In this document: piece after piece, positions 63,792 through 64,000 of the stretch
Layout: the number at the start of each line of letters is the position of its first letter
Position numbering within the stretch: position 1 is the first letter of the stretch
NCBI GenBank assembly: GCA_963762565.1
Contig: CAVXLD010000001.1
Location: 672,001-736,000, forward strand
Source of the DNA: an uncultured Verrucomicrobiae bacterium
GTDB lineage: Bacteria > Verrucomicrobiota > Verrucomicrobiia > Chthoniobacterales > JAFAMB01
DNA: 64,000 bases
Direction: 5' to 3'
Made by a program: the position numbers and the translations under genes
The notes under the pieces: model-generated
What the model saw: only the letters and a program-made list of their open reading frames with translations
What the model was told of the DNA's origin: nothing
Databases searched by the model: none

Positions 63792-64000
63792 TCAAGGCGC
63801 TGTTTCCACATAAACCTCGTCACCCTGGACGACCACGGCAAAGGTCTTTACGGCTTCGAATGCCGGTGGGGTCAAAGCTTCACCGGTCCGCAAATCGAAA
63901 CAAGCGCCGTGCAAGGGACACGCGACCGTCTGTCCCTCAAGTTGCCCCTCAGACAGGGATGCCTCGGCGTGGGTGCAAACGTCGCTGATGGCAAACAATG
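63792..64000 (-). CDS. Rieske [2Fe-2S] ferredoxin, 5' end outside the window
   Basis: CTHA...CPLHG motif. Confidence 0.93.
   Translation of the reverse strand, partial: LFAISDVCTHAEASLSEGQLEGQTVACPLHGACFDLRTGEALTPPAFEAVKTFAVVVQGDEVYVETAP

Overview
A mostly housekeeping 64-kb bacterial chromosome segment, probably from Verrucomicrobiota. The main taxonomic clue is a perfect TGTTC-N4-GAACA LexA box in front of lexA; the alpha2-type GlyRS is consistent with this. Gene content: opgG/opgH, lexA, a triuret/biuret/allophanate catabolic locus with a sigma54-type promoter, xerC, pepF, ilvNC, cell-wall genes, proBA, adenylate cyclase, lysC, three OmpA-domain membrane proteins, glyQS, iscA-hscB-hscA, phoBR-like genes, a CheW-less CheA-like kinase with CheY and CheX, tRNA-His, a GH39 glycosidase and transporters. 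The less ordinary signals are: (1) many intergenic spaces hold nested palindromic elements, with several REP/MITE families wrapped in inverted 6/7/9-mer tandem repeats; (2) TA-targeting elements are stacked end to end at shared TA sites, including an intact IS630 fused to a MITE; (3) an uncharacterised two-gene wHTH-like + P-loop ATPase module carries one frameshift in each gene; (4) a phosphoesterase gene has an internal deletion. No CRISPR array, rRNA or prophage was seen. All family assignments come from motif recognition by eye, not database searches.
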